A stretch of DNA of 64,000 bases, from NCBI RefSeq assembly GCF_040218215.1, contig NZ_JAVJQL010000030.1:1823-65822 (forward strand), read 5' to 3'. The notes beneath the pieces are model-generated. The model saw only the letters and a list, made by a program, of their open reading frames with translations, did not search any database and was not told the DNA's origin. Source of the DNA: Fulvivirga sp. Its GTDB lineage: Bacteria; Bacteroidota; Bacteroidia; Cytophagales; Cyclobacteriaceae. This document shows, one piece after another, positions 1-10,588 of this stretch. A program made the position numbers and the translations under genes. The stretch's first letter is position 1. The number at the start of each line of letters is the position of its first letter.

Positions 1-1
1 C

Positions 2-1966
2 CGGTTGATCTATCGCGATGATGATCTTTTGTATGTCAGTATCCATTCACTTCATAAAATTTCTAAATATTCCGGTAAGGAAGGAGCGCCCCCATCAATT
101 AGTAAGTTGGGTTCTCCTGAGTGGGAAAACAAGAAGAAAAAGGCTAAAAAGCAGGTGCTGGATATTGCCAAGGACCTGATTAACCTGTATGCAAAAAGGA
201 AGCAGGCACCAGGTTTTGCGTTTACAAAGGATAGCTTTTTGCAGGCTGAACTTGAGTCTTCATTTATATATGACGACACGCCTGATCAGGGCAAAGCCAC
301 TGCCGATGTAAAAGAAGACATGGAGCAGGCACACCCCATGGACAGGCTGGTTTGTGGTGATGTTGGTTTTGGAAAAACTGAAGTAGCGATAAGGGCGGCA
401 TTCAAAGCAGTAACTGATAGTAAACAGGTAGCTGTACTGGTACCAACTACAATTTTGGCCATGCAACACTTCCGAACTTTTAGCGAAAGGCTCGGCAATT
501 TTCCGGTTAAGGTCGAGTACATCAATAGGTTCAAAACGCCACAGGCAATAAAAGAAACCCTTAAAAGGGTTAAAGAAGGAAAGACCGATATCTTAATAGG
601 TACTCATCGAATAGTTAGTAAAGATGTGCAGTTCAAAGACCTTGGACTCATGATCATTGATGAGGAGCAAAAATTCGGTGTCAAGGTAAAAGAGAAGTTA
701 AAGGAAATGCGGGTAAATGTTGATGCCTTAACATTAACCGCCACCCCAATCCCGAGAACATTGCATTTTTCCCTCATGGGTGCACGCGATTTAAGTATTA
801 TTTCAACACCACCACCAAACCGCCAGCCGGTGACTACAGAAATTCACACTTTCAATGAAGAGGTGGTGCGCGATGCCATAAGTTTTGAATTGAGAAGAGG
901 CGGACAAGTCTTTTTTGTTCACAACAGGGTAGGTGATATTGAAGAAGTTGGAAATATTATTTTGAGACTTGTGCCAGATGCCAGAATAGGTATTGCCCAT
1001 GGTCAAATGGACGGGGCTAAACTTGAAAAGGCAATGATGAAATTCATTGAAGGCGAATATGATGTATTGGTATCAACAAATATTATTGAGTCAGGCCTTG
1101 ATATTCCAAATGCCAACACAATTGTCATCAATCAAGCTCACACCTTTGGCCTTTCTGACCTGCATCAAATGCGCGGCCGTGTGGGCAGAAGCAATAAAAA
1201 GGCCTTTTGTTATTTATTAACACCACCTACCATCGGCTTATCATCAGATTCAAGAAAGAGGTTGAGCACCTTGGAAGAATTCTCTGATCTTGGTGACGGC
1301 TTCAAAGTAGCCATGAGAGATTTGGACATCAGAGGTGCTGGTAATTTGCTGGGGTCCGAGCAAAGCGGATTCATTACCGACCTTGGCTTTGAAATGTATC
1401 ACAAAATTTTGGATGAGGCTGTTCAGGAATTGAAAGAAACCGAATTCAAAGATCTTTTTGTCAAGGAACTATCTCAATCATCAAAAGTTCTGGTTCAGGA
1501 ATGCAACATTGAAACGGATCTGGAACTGATTATTCCTGAGGCTTATGTTGCCAATATTTCTGAAAGACTAAGCCTATACTCCCAGCTAGATGGATTGAAG
1601 ACGGAAGAGGAGCTAACAGGTTTTGTCCAATCATTAACCGACCGCTTTGGATCAATGCCAGATTCTGTTGAAGAACTAATTGAAACAGTTCGTCTTAGAT
1701 GGCTGGCCGAAAAACTTGGTTTTGAAAAACTGACTATTAAGTCTGGAAAATTGAAGGGTTACTTTGTTTCATCAGATAACGAAACATATTTTAAGTCAGA
1801 GGTTTTTGGAAGTATACTTCAATATGTGCAAATGCACCCAAAGACCTGCCGTTTGAAAGAGTATAAAGAAAAATTAATCCTGACAATGCAGGAGGTAGAA
1901 TCAATCAATGAAGCAAAAAGAATTTTAGAATTGATCCTACCAGTTAAATCAAAGGTAAAGGTCTGA
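2..1966 (+). CDS. mfd: Transcription-repair coupling factor (5'-partial)
   Basis: CarD-like RID, then GDVGFGKT, DEEQKFG, TATPIPRTL and QMRGRVGR SF2 helicase motifs, TRG motif and C-terminal TRCF domain; the frame is open from the window start. Confidence 0.97.
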   Translation, partial: RLIYRDDDLLYVSIHSLHKISKYSGKEGAPPSISKLGSPEWENKKKKAKKQVLDIAKDLINLYAKRKQAPGFAFTKDSFLQAELESSFIYDDTPDQGKATADVKEDMEQAHPMDRLVCGDVGFGKTEVAIRAAFKAVTDSKQVAVLVPTTILAMQHFRTFSERLGNFPVKVEYINRFKTPQAIKETLKRVKEGKTDILIGTHRIVSKDVQFKDLGLMIIDEEQKFGVKVKEKLKEMRVNVDALTLTATPIPRTLHFSLMGARDLSIISTPPPNRQPVTTEIHTFNEEVVRDAISFELRRGGQVFFVHNRVGDIEEVGNIILRLVPDARIGIAHGQMDGAKLEKAMMKFIEGEYDVLVSTNIIESGLDIPNANTIVINQAHTFGLSDLHQMRGRVGRSNKKAFCYLLTPPTIGLSSDSRKRLSTLEEFSDLGDGFKVAMRDLDIRGAGNLLGSEQSGFITDLGFEMYHKILDEAVQELKETEFKDLFVKELSQSSKVLVQECNIETDLELIIPEAYVANISERLSLYSQLDGLKTEEELTGFVQSLTDRFGSMPDSVEELIETVRLRWLAEKLGFEKLTIKSGKLKGYFVSSDNETYFKSEVFGSILQYVQMHPKTCRLKEYKEKLILTMQEVESINEAKRILELILPVKSKVKV

Positions 1967-2200
1967 AATATCTATTTGATCAAGGTAGGCATCAGCCAGA
2001 TCAATATTCTTAAAAGCATGAATACCTAATACTTTTCCTTTTGAAGGAGAGTAGCATACTTCAACAAAGTAGTCCTTCATATAATACAAGTAGTATTTAC
2101 TATCCTGCTCGGTTCTGTAAACTATGTAATCTGCAAAGACGGTGATAAAATCACACTTCTTGTCGAATGGTAAAATTTGAAAATCGCTTATGGATATCAT
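1949..2200 (-). CDS. Small hypothetical protein (83 aa)
   Basis: ATG ORF whose LYY..DYFVEV.Y...and YLDQIDI segments resemble a common Bacteroidota small-protein family (recalled, not searched). Confidence 0.75.
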   Translation of the reverse strand: MISISDFQILPFDKKCDFITVFADYIVYRTEQDSKYYLYYMKDYFVEVCYSPSKGKVLGIHAFKNIDLADAYLDQIDISDLYL

Positions 2201-2301
2201 AACTGAATTATTTTGCTTCAGCTATGATGTTATAAATTCTATGCCAAGGCCTAAATAGGGGTTAAATGGCCTTATTTCACGTTAAGTTGCAGAAAACAAA
2301 T

Positions 2302-2335
2302 CCAGATTGGGAAAGATTAATCCCAGATTGGGAAA
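2302..2335. promoter_or_regulatory. 13-bp direct repeat CCAGATTGGGAAA x2 with a 21-bp period; candidate LytTR binding site
   Basis: Exact copies at 2302-2314 and 2323-2335, right after the LytTR gene and upstream of the 83-aa gene. Confidence 0.45.
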
Positions 2336-2337
2336 AT

Positions 2338-3051
2338 CTAGAAGCTCATAAGCTCCTTAAAGCGCTGAGTTTGGCGCCTGGAAACATCTACATCATGACC
2401 GCCTTTCATGTATATCTTGATACTTCCACTAAACCAAGGCTCTATTCTTTCTACCCATTTTAAGTTTATAATCTGTTGCCTGTTGGCCCTGAAAAAGGTC
2501 TGGGGATCAAGACGGGTTTCAAGATAATTTAATGTTCTTGGAATCATCGGCTTATTATCTTCAAAATACAGCTTGGTATAATTACCATCTACCTCAAAAA
2601 GTCGAACTTCTGAAAGCTGAACAAACCAGCACTTTTCACCATCTTTTACAAATACCTGATGGTTTTCGGTCATTCTATCTTCTGATCTGGCGCTTACCTT
2701 TTCTTTCTTTTCGGCTACCTTATTAATGGCGCCCAAAAGCCTGTCCTTCTGAATTGGCTTTTGAAGGTAATCCAAGGCATTGTAGTCAAAAGCCTTTATT
2801 GCATATTCATCATAGGCTGTAGTAAAAATTACTTCTGGAACTTCCTCAAGGTCTTCAAGCAGTTCGAAGCCATTTTTTCCGGGCATCTGAATATCAAGGA
2901 AGATCAAATCAGGTTTCTTCTCTTCGATCATCTCCTTGGCTTCAATAGCATCACCCGCTTCACCAATTACCTCAATGGTTTCAAATTCTTTTAATAATCT
3001 TTTTAATTCATTTCTCGCCAATCGCGAATCATCTATGACCAATGCTCTCAT
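2338..3051 (-). CDS. LytTR-family response regulator
   Basis: Receiver domain (IDDS, FLDIQMP, FTTAY, DYLQKP) plus LytTR domain (FFRANRQQIINL, VSRR). Confidence 0.95.
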   Translation of the reverse strand: MRALVIDDSRLARNELKRLLKEFETIEVIGEAGDAIEAKEMIEEKKPDLIFLDIQMPGKNGFELLEDLEEVPEVIFTTAYDEYAIKAFDYNALDYLQKPIQKDRLLGAINKVAEKKEKVSARSEDRMTENHQVFVKDGEKCWFVQLSEVRLFEVDGNYTKLYFEDNKPMIPRTLNYLETRLDPQTFFRANRQQIINLKWVERIEPWFSGSIKIYMKGGHDVDVSRRQTQRFKELMSF

Positions 3052-4112
3052 ACTAATGGTATTTTAAATTTTGCCTGAACCATTTCTTCATTAAGGTTCT
3101 TTATTTCAAGGTCTGAGAGTTTACCAAAAATCAGTTTTAACCTGTCAGACGCATTTTTTAGTCCAATGCCTGTTCCTTTTGAAATATTATTTATTTGACC
3201 GGTATTTATAACTTCAACTACCAGCGCATTATCATCCAAATATGATTTTATGTTTATTATTCCACCCTTTGGCAGGTTGGATATTCCATGCTTTATGGCG
3301 TTTTCTACCAAAAGCTGCACGGCCATTGGAGGTATTTGCCTATCAAGGGTTTCAGGCTTAATCTCCAATTTGTATTGGAGCCTGTCTTCAAACTGGATTG
3401 ACTCAAGATTGAGATAATTTTGAACTACTTCAAGTTCCTGCTCCAACCTCACCTTTTCCTTATTGTTAAACTGAACGGAATAACGTAGTAAATCAGAAAC
3501 ATGCGTAATCATATCCCTGGCCTTTTCCGGATTTTCAATTACCAAAGACCGGATATTGTTAAGACTGTTAAAAATAAAGTGAGGATTGATCTGCGATTTC
3601 AATGCTAACAGTTGTGCATCTTTAACTGCAGCCTCAAGTTTCCATTTTTCAACTTCACTATGTTTGAAGTTCATAAAAAACTTAAACAAGAAATACATCA
3701 ACGACCAACCCAGCATTACTATGGTCAAATTAGAAATAACAATAACTGCCACTATTAGTGTTTGCTGATCTTCTTCGGAAGGGGGCAAAAACAATTTATT
3801 AATAGGCACTACTATGGCCGTCCAAACAACGGCTATAACAAAAGAGCCAACCAAAAGCCGAATAGCAAGCTTAAAAAGTCCCTGACTTTCCCAGTGGTTT
3901 TGCTTTATATAATTTCGATAAAGGTGCGAAAGCAAAAAACCAAAAACAGCTGTGTTTAAGTATCCAACCAAAACCTGCCACTGAAAGTCGCTGAAATAAT
4001 AAGCTATGAATGCGTAGAAAAAATAAAATATGGACCAGCCAGTAACCTGGAGTGTCCAATACAACTTGGTACTATTTATTTCTTCTTGTTTCATGTTAAT
4101 ATTTGGTACCAA
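3048..4112 (-). CDS. LytS/YehU-type membrane sensor histidine kinase
   Basis: N-terminal TM helices, LKSQINPHFIFNSLNNI H-box, LVENAIKHG N-box, GIGL G-box; 4-bp overlap with the response regulator. Confidence 0.95.
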   Translation of the reverse strand: MVPNINMKQEEINSTKLYWTLQVTGWSIFYFFYAFIAYYFSDFQWQVLVGYLNTAVFGFLLSHLYRNYIKQNHWESQGLFKLAIRLLVGSFVIAVVWTAIVVPINKLFLPPSEEDQQTLIVAVIVISNLTIVMLGWSLMYFLFKFFMNFKHSEVEKWKLEAAVKDAQLLALKSQINPHFIFNSLNNIRSLVIENPEKARDMITHVSDLLRYSVQFNNKEKVRLEQELEVVQNYLNLESIQFEDRLQYKLEIKPETLDRQIPPMAVQLLVENAIKHGISNLPKGGIINIKSYLDDNALVVEVINTGQINNISKGTGIGLKNASDRLKLIFGKLSDLEIKNLNEEMVQAKFKIPLV

Positions 4113-4423
4113 TTACGTCTGTTTTGAGTTTTAAGAATACACAATTATAACCTGTGGTTTGCTCAGTCTATAAATGGTTAATTCCCTTGACAAGAAAATG
4201 ATTTAATAATCACTTAATATACTATTTCTTAGCAAATTCAGTTATTAGCTTAAAATCTGTTATTATTACAACTGATTTTTTAGTGTAGGAAAGTAAAATT
4301 TTATTATTTGTGTAAAAATTATCAAATAGAAATGTTATTTTGCTCCCAAATAAACTTGTCAAACGTTAATATATATCGCTATATTAGTGTTTGCATTTAA
4401 ATTTTTTGAATAATTAAACAAGT

Positions 4424-5677
4424 ATGAAAAGAACTGCAGGCTTATTTAAAAGTGCTTTGTTGGTTGTTGGTGGTTCCATGATGTTAACTTCTTGTTTCCT
4501 AGGTGGAGGTGGTGGAAGGCCGACAAGTTCTCACCCAGGTGCACTTAGTACCGCAACAGGACTGGCTTATAATGACGAAGACAACAACGGTTTTGAGGTA
4601 AAGCCTTATGCCGGTCAACCAGAAGGACCAAATCTTGTTTTTATTGAAGGTGGTAGATCTATCGTAGGTTCCTTTGAGGAAGATATTCTAAATAGAAGAG
4701 ATAATATCGAAAGAACTGTTTCAGTTGCTTCATTCTACATGGATGAAACTGAAATTGCCAATATCCACTGGTTAGAGTACCTACATTATCTTAATGTATC
4801 TGACTCTTCAAGAGAAGTTTACATAGCTGCTCTTCCTGATACCACAGTATGGGAAGCGCGTTTAGCATATAATGACCCTTATGTTGATCATTATTTGAGA
4901 TATCCTGGGTTTAGATATTTCCCTGTTGTTGGAGTTAGCTGGGTTCAGGCTAGTAACTATGGTGACTGGAGAACAACAGCTGTTAACCAAAAATTATATG
5001 AAGATTCTGGTGAGGAACTTCCTGAAACTTCTGGTGGTAGAATTCCATTAGAGTCAGGTATTGTACTTCCTAACTACAGATTACCTTCTGAAGCTGAGTG
5101 GGAATATGCTGCAACAGCACTAATTGGTACTCAGTGGTTAGATGAAAATCAAACTCACCAAAGACTATATCCTTGGGATGGTCACGCATTAAGAAATCCT
5201 TATGGAAAAGAAATGGGTTATTTCTTAGCTAACTTCAAAAGAGGAAGAGGTGACTATGCTGGTATAGCAGGTAAATTAAATGATGGTGCTTTGATCACAT
5301 CTTATATTTATGAGTTCCCTCCGAATGACTTTGGTCTTTATAATATGGCCGGTAATGTTAGTGAGTGGGTGCTTGATGTTTATCGTCCTATGTCATTTCA
5401 GGATTTTGATGATCTTAACCCAATCAGAAGAGACGGTTATATGGATGAAACTAAAAACGAATTTACTGGTGAAGAGTATTACAACTCAGATTCTGAAAAT
5501 AACCCTGAAGGCTTTACTTCATTAATTACTGATGAGGCAAGAGTTTACAAAGGTGGTTCTTGGAAAGATGTTGCTTATTGGATGTCACCAGGTACAAGAA
5601 GATACTTAGATCAGGATTCATCAACTGCAACAATCGGTTTCCGTTGTGCAATGATTAGAGCTGGTTCTAACTACTAA
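4424..5677 (+). CDS. gldJ: Gliding motility lipoprotein GldJ (FGE/SUMF1-like domain)
   Basis: Lipobox LTSC; FYMDETEIANIHWLEY, RLPSEAEWEYAA, GLYNMAGNVSEW and GFRCAM motifs; not followed by gldLMN, which favours GldJ over GldK. Confidence 0.85.
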   Translation: MKRTAGLFKSALLVVGGSMMLTSCFLGGGGGRPTSSHPGALSTATGLAYNDEDNNGFEVKPYAGQPEGPNLVFIEGGRSIVGSFEEDILNRRDNIERTVSVASFYMDETEIANIHWLEYLHYLNVSDSSREVYIAALPDTTVWEARLAYNDPYVDHYLRYPGFRYFPVVGVSWVQASNYGDWRTTAVNQKLYEDSGEELPETSGGRIPLESGIVLPNYRLPSEAEWEYAATALIGTQWLDENQTHQRLYPWDGHALRNPYGKEMGYFLANFKRGRGDYAGIAGKLNDGALITSYIYEFPPNDFGLYNMAGNVSEWVLDVYRPMSFQDFDDLNPIRRDGYMDETKNEFTGEEYYNSDSENNPEGFTSLITDEARVYKGGSWKDVAYWMSPGTRRYLDQDSSTATIGFRCAMIRAGSNY

Positions 5678-5694
5678 AAAAAGAAACTTTAAAG

Positions 5695-5729
5695 AAGCCC
5701 CGGTCAATTATTTTTGGTCGGGGTTTTTT
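5695..5729 (+). terminator. Rho-independent terminator after gldJ
   Basis: Stem CCCCGGTCAA/TTGGTCGGGG (two G-U pairs) followed by a T run. Confidence 0.8.
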
Positions 5730-6411
5730 ATTTAGCGGCTGCTATGGCTGCTACAGATAAGGTTTTTGCCCCTTTTTCTATTAGAGAATTAGCACAAGCC
5801 TCTATTGTGGCACCAGTTGTTATTACGTCATCGACCAACAAAATATGCTGATCTAATACCGAATCATCTTTAATAGTAAAAATGCTCTCAACATTCTTCC
5901 ATCTTTCAATTCTGGTTTTGGAAGTTTGAGTAGTAGTAAATATTTTTCTTTCCAGAACCTTCCCTTTTACAGGAATGTTCCATCTTGATGCCAGCCCATC
6001 GGCAAACATCTCACTTTGATTGTAGCCTCTAATTTTTCTTTTCTTAAAATGAAGTGGCACAGGTATTATAAGGTCAAATGGTATAGCGTCAAACTTATTA
6101 CTAAGTTCTATTGCATATCTTTCTCCCAACTCAAAGGCTAGTTGTGGCTGGTTGCTATATTTTATTTGGTGTAGTAGCTTTTGCACTATTCCATCCTGTT
6201 GGAATGTATAATATGCCAGCGCATGTTGAAAATCTACCTTTCCATAGAATTTTTGAGCTACAAAATTAGTTTCCTCTTCGTGGCTCTTGGTTTTTGGAAC
6301 GCTGGTCAAACAATGAATGCAAACCTGTTGTTCATCTCTTGCTAGTGACCCTGAGCAACCCAGGCAATATCTTGGGAAGAAGAGCGAAATGAAATCATCA
6401 ATCATTGTCAT
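5728..6411 (-). CDS. ComF-family phosphoribosyltransferase-like protein
   Basis: N-terminal CxxC...CxxC, VPLH...RGYNQS and LLVDDVITTGAT PRPP-binding motifs. Confidence 0.93.
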   Translation of the reverse strand: MTMIDDFISLFFPRYCLGCSGSLARDEQQVCIHCLTSVPKTKSHEEETNFVAQKFYGKVDFQHALAYYTFQQDGIVQKLLHQIKYSNQPQLAFELGERYAIELSNKFDAIPFDLIIPVPLHFKKRKIRGYNQSEMFADGLASRWNIPVKGKVLERKIFTTTQTSKTRIERWKNVESIFTIKDDSVLDQHILLVDDVITTGATIEACANSLIEKGAKTLSVAAIAAAK

Positions 6412-6419
6412 TGATTAGA

Positions 6420-6427
6420 TATATTTG
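6420..6427 (+). promoter_or_regulatory. Bacteroidota -7 promoter element TATATTTG
   Basis: Matches TAnnTTTG, 23 nt before the ATG at 6451. Confidence 0.55.
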
Positions 6428-6450
6428 TTGAATGTCTTAATATATAAAAT

Positions 6451-6795
6451 ATGAGTGCTGTTTCCGAATTTAATGATTATCGTGCTAAAATGAATGAGCG
6501 CATTTTAAATGCTGATAATAAAGTAATTAAAAGGATTTATAACCTAGATACAAACGCTTATGCTGAAGGGGCGCTAGACTTAAAAACTAAAGAGCTGTTA
6601 GGTCTTTCGTGCTCTATGGTCTTAAGGTGTGATGACTGTGTTAGATATCATTTGGGTAAATGTTATGAACTAGGGTTAACCGAAAAAGAGGTTTTCGAGG
6701 CCTTTGCCATTGCAAACCTTATTGGTGGTACTATTGTTATCCCACATTTAAGAAGAGCTACTGAATACTGGGATAGCCTTAATGAGAATAAATGA
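6451..6795 (+). CDS. Carboxymuconolactone decarboxylase/AhpD-family protein
   Basis: GALDLKTKELLGL...LRCDDCVRYH (CxxC) motif. Confidence 0.88.
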   Translation: MSAVSEFNDYRAKMNERILNADNKVIKRIYNLDTNAYAEGALDLKTKELLGLSCSMVLRCDDCVRYHLGKCYELGLTEKEVFEAFAIANLIGGTIVIPHLRRATEYWDSLNENK

Positions 6796-7157
6796 TAAAA
6801 AAAGATCTTGATTTAGAGCGTAAGTGGCAGGCATTGAGGCTTTCATTGCAAAAAGTAATTGGCAAAAGACCAAAAGACCTTAATGCTATCCTTTTTCTGA
6901 TTGGAGTGCAAGAATTGGGAAAAGGCAAGCATTCGTTTGACAAAGAAGAAAAGCAAGATCTTATGCATATTGCAATTTGTAAGGTGCTGAGTCTTTCTGG
7001 TTTTTATGAATTAGAGGGATTAGATGAGGAGGGTTGGCCACATTGGAAATTGGTAAAAACATTGCCTCATTTTGATCTTCTGGAGCAGGAAAAGTTATTG
7101 AAAATGCATGTTATCGAATATTTTCAAACAGAAATGCCATTAATGGAAGATTCATAG
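6792..7157 (+). CDS. Conserved hypothetical protein
   Basis: ATG ORF overlapping the upstream stop; AILFLIGVQELG and KQDLMHIAIC segments typical of a Bacteroidota family. Confidence 0.8.
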   Translation: MIKKDLDLERKWQALRLSLQKVIGKRPKDLNAILFLIGVQELGKGKHSFDKEEKQDLMHIAICKVLSLSGFYELEGLDEEGWPHWKLVKTLPHFDLLEQEKLLKMHVIEYFQTEMPLMEDS

Positions 7158-7216
7158 GATAGCAACATAAACTTGAGTATCATCAACTACGTAATAGCTG
7201 TATCAGAGACTACTGA

Positions 7217-10200
7217 ATGAGTGACAAGGAAAAAATATTATTCAAACAGCTAAGTGCCTACAAGCGTAAGTACTTTTTAAACCTTTTACTTAAAGGTTTA
7301 ATAATTAGTACTGCAATCCTGCTTGGCCTGTTTTTAATCTTTAACTATCTGGAATATACATTTCAGTTTGGGATTAATATCAGGTCTTTTCTGTTCTTTT
7401 CATTTGTAATCACATCGCTCTATCTACTCGGAAGGTTTGTTATAATACCAGGTTATAAAATTGCCAATATCGACAAAGCAATGAATAACGAAATTGCTGC
7501 AAGACAGATTGGTAATTATTTTCCAGAAATAAAAGATAAGCTTCTGAATATCATACAGTTAAGAAGTAAATCAGGCGATTCTTTCTTTGTCACTGCTGGA
7601 ATAAACCAGAAAATGGAGGGGCTTCCATCCATCAGTTATGATCAGGCTATTGAGCTAAAGTCGAACAACAGGTTCTTGCCATGGCTGCTGGTACCTTTAG
7701 CTTTAATTCTCGCCATCATACTTTTCAATCCGCAAATGATATTGACAAGTACTTCGAGAATAACTCAGTTCAATAAAGATTTTATTCCTCAGGCTCCGTT
7801 TGATTTTAATTTTCTTAATGAATCAAACAAGGCCTTTAAAAATGAAGACTTTACCATAAGTCTAAAAATAGAAGGCTCCTCCCTGCCTGATAATGTTTAT
7901 ATAAATAATGATGGCCGAAAGTTTAAAATGGCATCGGTCAGCAATGACTTGTTTACCTATACATTCAACAAAATTCAAAACACTAAATCAATAAAGTTTG
8001 AGGCCTCAGGATTCCAATCAGAGGCCTATGAAGTCAATGTTTTTCAGAGGCCAGATTTAAGAAACTTTAATCTTTACTTTGAGTACCCCAAATACCTCAA
8101 TAAAAACACTGAACGTATTTCTAATATTGGTAATGCACAAGTACCAGAAGGAACAAAGATTAAATGGCAAATAAACACACTTGAAGCCGACCAGGCATAC
8201 ATACAGTTTGACTCAAAAAAATCAGAGGATATTCCTATGGACCTTACTGATAATCAAATATTTGAGTACAATAAAGTTATAAAGTCATCAGATAAATATC
8301 AGCTTAAATTATCTAATGATCATAGCCTGAACAAAGACCCGATTATCTATAACATAGATGTAATTAAAGATGAATACCCAAAAATAGTTAGCGAGGTATA
8401 TCCAGACACGACATTATATAGTCAAATCAGTTTTGCTGGTAATGTTCTTGACGATTATGGTCTTACTCAGCTAAAGTTGCTTTACAGCTTTGACAATGAA
8501 AACTACAAATCTATCAACATACCAATATTGAATGGACAGACCAGTCAACGCTATTTTTATAACTGGGTAATAGACTCATTAATTACTGATTCGGGAAAGC
8601 TGAGCTATTATCTGCAAGTCTGGGACAATGATGGAGTTAACGGAAGAAAATCGACAAAAACAGCCACCTACAACTTCTCGCTACCTAATAAAAAAGAGAT
8701 AAAAGATAATATTGACAAAGTAGCCCAACAAACGGAAAGTAAAATTGACAAGACCCTTCAGGATGCTAAAGAATTGAAAGAGCAACTTGAAGAAGCTGAA
8801 AAAAGAATAAAAGGTAAAAAAGAGCTCAATTGGCAAGATGATAAACAAATCAAAGATTTATTAAAGAAACGCGAAGCCCTGAATGAAGCCATTGAAGAAC
8901 TGAAAGAGCAGAATAGAAATAATAGCATCAAGAGAGAAAAGTTCTCCCAGCAGGATGAAAAAATAAAAGAGCGTGTCCAAAAGTTGCAAGATCTGATGGA
9001 TGAACTTCTTGATGACGAAACAAAAAAACTTTATGAAGAACTGAAACAGCTTCTTGAGCAAAATCAAGATGTAGAAGATATACAAGAGCTGCTTGATAAA
9101 ATAAATAATAAAGAGACCAACCTCGAGCAGGAGCTAGAAAGAACTTTAGAATTATTCAAGAGAATGAAATTCGAGTTCGAATTGAACGAAGCCCTTAATG
9201 AACTTAAAGAACAAATCACCGATCAGGAACGCCTTATGCGTGAAACAGAGAAGCAGAAGGGCGAGGGAACCGAAAAATCCAGCACTCTCGAGGAACAGGA
9301 AGAAAAAAATCAATATAAAGAAGATAATTTAAAAAATAAGGATTCTGATTTCTTGAAAGAAAAACAAGAACAATTACAAGAAGAGTTTAAAGAATTACAA
9401 GAGGATTTAGAAGAGCTAAATGAGCACAATCAGTCGCTAAAAAATCCTGAATCTTTACCTGATACCCAAGAAGAGCAAGAATCTGTGGAAGAAAATCAAC
9501 AACAGAGCAAGGAGAATCTTGAAAATAATCAAAAACAAAAATCTAAAGAAAGTCAGAAAAAAGCGCGGGATGCGATGAAGCAAATGGAGCAGAAATTGTC
9601 TCAAATGCAAAGTAGTATGGAGATGGATGCCATGCAAGAAAACCTTGATGACCTCAGGGCAATTGTTTACAATCTCTTAAGGCTTTCCTTTGAACAAGAG
9701 AATCTTATGAATGAATTCACTGGGGTTAAGCAAAGCGACCCTAGGTTTATAGAACTTTCTCAAAAACAGCTTAAGCTCAAAGATGATTCACAAATTGTTC
9801 AGGACAGTTTATTAGCTCTGGCAAATCGCGTTTTCCAAATCGCATCTTTTGTAACGCGTGAGGTAACATCTATGAATGAGCATATGGATAAATCTGTAGA
9901 GGCCATTAAAGAAAGAAAGAAACCTATAGCAGTATCTGAACAGCAGTTTGCTATGACATCTATTAATAACCTTGCTCTATTGCTTGATGATGTTCTTCAG
10001 CAAATGCAGTCTTCCATGGCCGATGCAATGGGTAAGCCGCAGAAAAAGAAAGGCAACCAGAAGACACCAAGTTTAAGTGAGCTACAGCAACAGCTGAATG
10101 GCAAGATTGAAGAACTAAAGGAAAGTGGCAAGTCTGGAAGACAACTATCAGAAGAGTTGGCAAAACTAGCTGCAGAGCAGGAAAGAATAAGGCAGGCACT

Positions 10201-10588
10201 AAAAGAAGCACAAGATAAAGCAGGGCAGAATGAAAACGGCAAAATGCCTGGCCAAGGTATTCCTGAAAAAATGGAAGAGACAGAAAGTGATTTAGTTAAT
10301 AAACGACTAACCACAGAGACCATTCTTCGACAGAAAGAGATATTGACCAGGCTACTAGAAGCAGAAGATGCTTTAAGAGAAAGAGATCTGGACGAAGAAA
10401 GAAAAGCTGAAACGGCCAAAGATTATGAAAAAGCAGTGCCCCGTGCTTTCGAAGAATACTTTAAACTTAAGGAGCAGGAAATAGAGCTTTTAAAAACTAT
10501 TCCACCAAAACTATATCCTTATTACAAAAACGAAATTAATGAGTATTTTAGGCGAATCGGTGAATTGAATAACACGCAATCAGAATGA
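7217..10588 (+). CDS. DUF4175-like large membrane-anchored coiled-coil protein
   Basis: 1123 aa; N-terminal TM helices, Ig-like middle (DDYGL), Q/E/K-rich coiled-coil C-terminus ending in YFRR. Confidence 0.8.
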   Translation: MSDKEKILFKQLSAYKRKYFLNLLLKGLIISTAILLGLFLIFNYLEYTFQFGINIRSFLFFSFVITSLYLLGRFVIIPGYKIANIDKAMNNEIAARQIGNYFPEIKDKLLNIIQLRSKSGDSFFVTAGINQKMEGLPSISYDQAIELKSNNRFLPWLLVPLALILAIILFNPQMILTSTSRITQFNKDFIPQAPFDFNFLNESNKAFKNEDFTISLKIEGSSLPDNVYINNDGRKFKMASVSNDLFTYTFNKIQNTKSIKFEASGFQSEAYEVNVFQRPDLRNFNLYFEYPKYLNKNTERISNIGNAQVPEGTKIKWQINTLEADQAYIQFDSKKSEDIPMDLTDNQIFEYNKVIKSSDKYQLKLSNDHSLNKDPIIYNIDVIKDEYPKIVSEVYPDTTLYSQISFAGNVLDDYGLTQLKLLYSFDNENYKSINIPILNGQTSQRYFYNWVIDSLITDSGKLSYYLQVWDNDGVNGRKSTKTATYNFSLPNKKEIKDNIDKVAQQTESKIDKTLQDAKELKEQLEEAEKRIKGKKELNWQDDKQIKDLLKKREALNEAIEELKEQNRNNSIKREKFSQQDEKIKERVQKLQDLMDELLDDETKKLYEELKQLLEQNQDVEDIQELLDKINNKETNLEQELERTLELFKRMKFEFELNEALNELKEQITDQERLMRETEKQKGEGTEKSSTLEEQEEKNQYKEDNLKNKDSDFLKEKQEQLQEEFKELQEDLEELNEHNQSLKNPESLPDTQEEQESVEENQQQSKENLENNQKQKSKESQKKARDAMKQMEQKLSQMQSSMEMDAMQENLDDLRAIVYNLLRLSFEQENLMNEFTGVKQSDPRFIELSQKQLKLKDDSQIVQDSLLALANRVFQIASFVTREVTSMNEHMDKSVEAIKERKKPIAVSEQQFAMTSINNLALLLDDVLQQMQSSMADAMGKPQKKKGNQKTPSLSELQQQLNGKIEELKESGKSGRQLSEELAKLAAEQERIRQALKEAQDKAGQNENGKMPGQGIPEKMEETESDLVNKRLTTETILRQKEILTRLLEAEDALRERDLDEERKAETAKDYEKAVPRAFEEYFKLKEQEIELLKTIPPKLYPYYKNEINEYFRRIGELNNTQSE

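Noticed and set aside
8861-10419. Antisense and alternative-frame ORFs in the track (e.g. 9997-10419, 11409-11900, 56409-56960)
   Set aside because: Shadow ORFs of well-supported genes, with no recognisable motifs.
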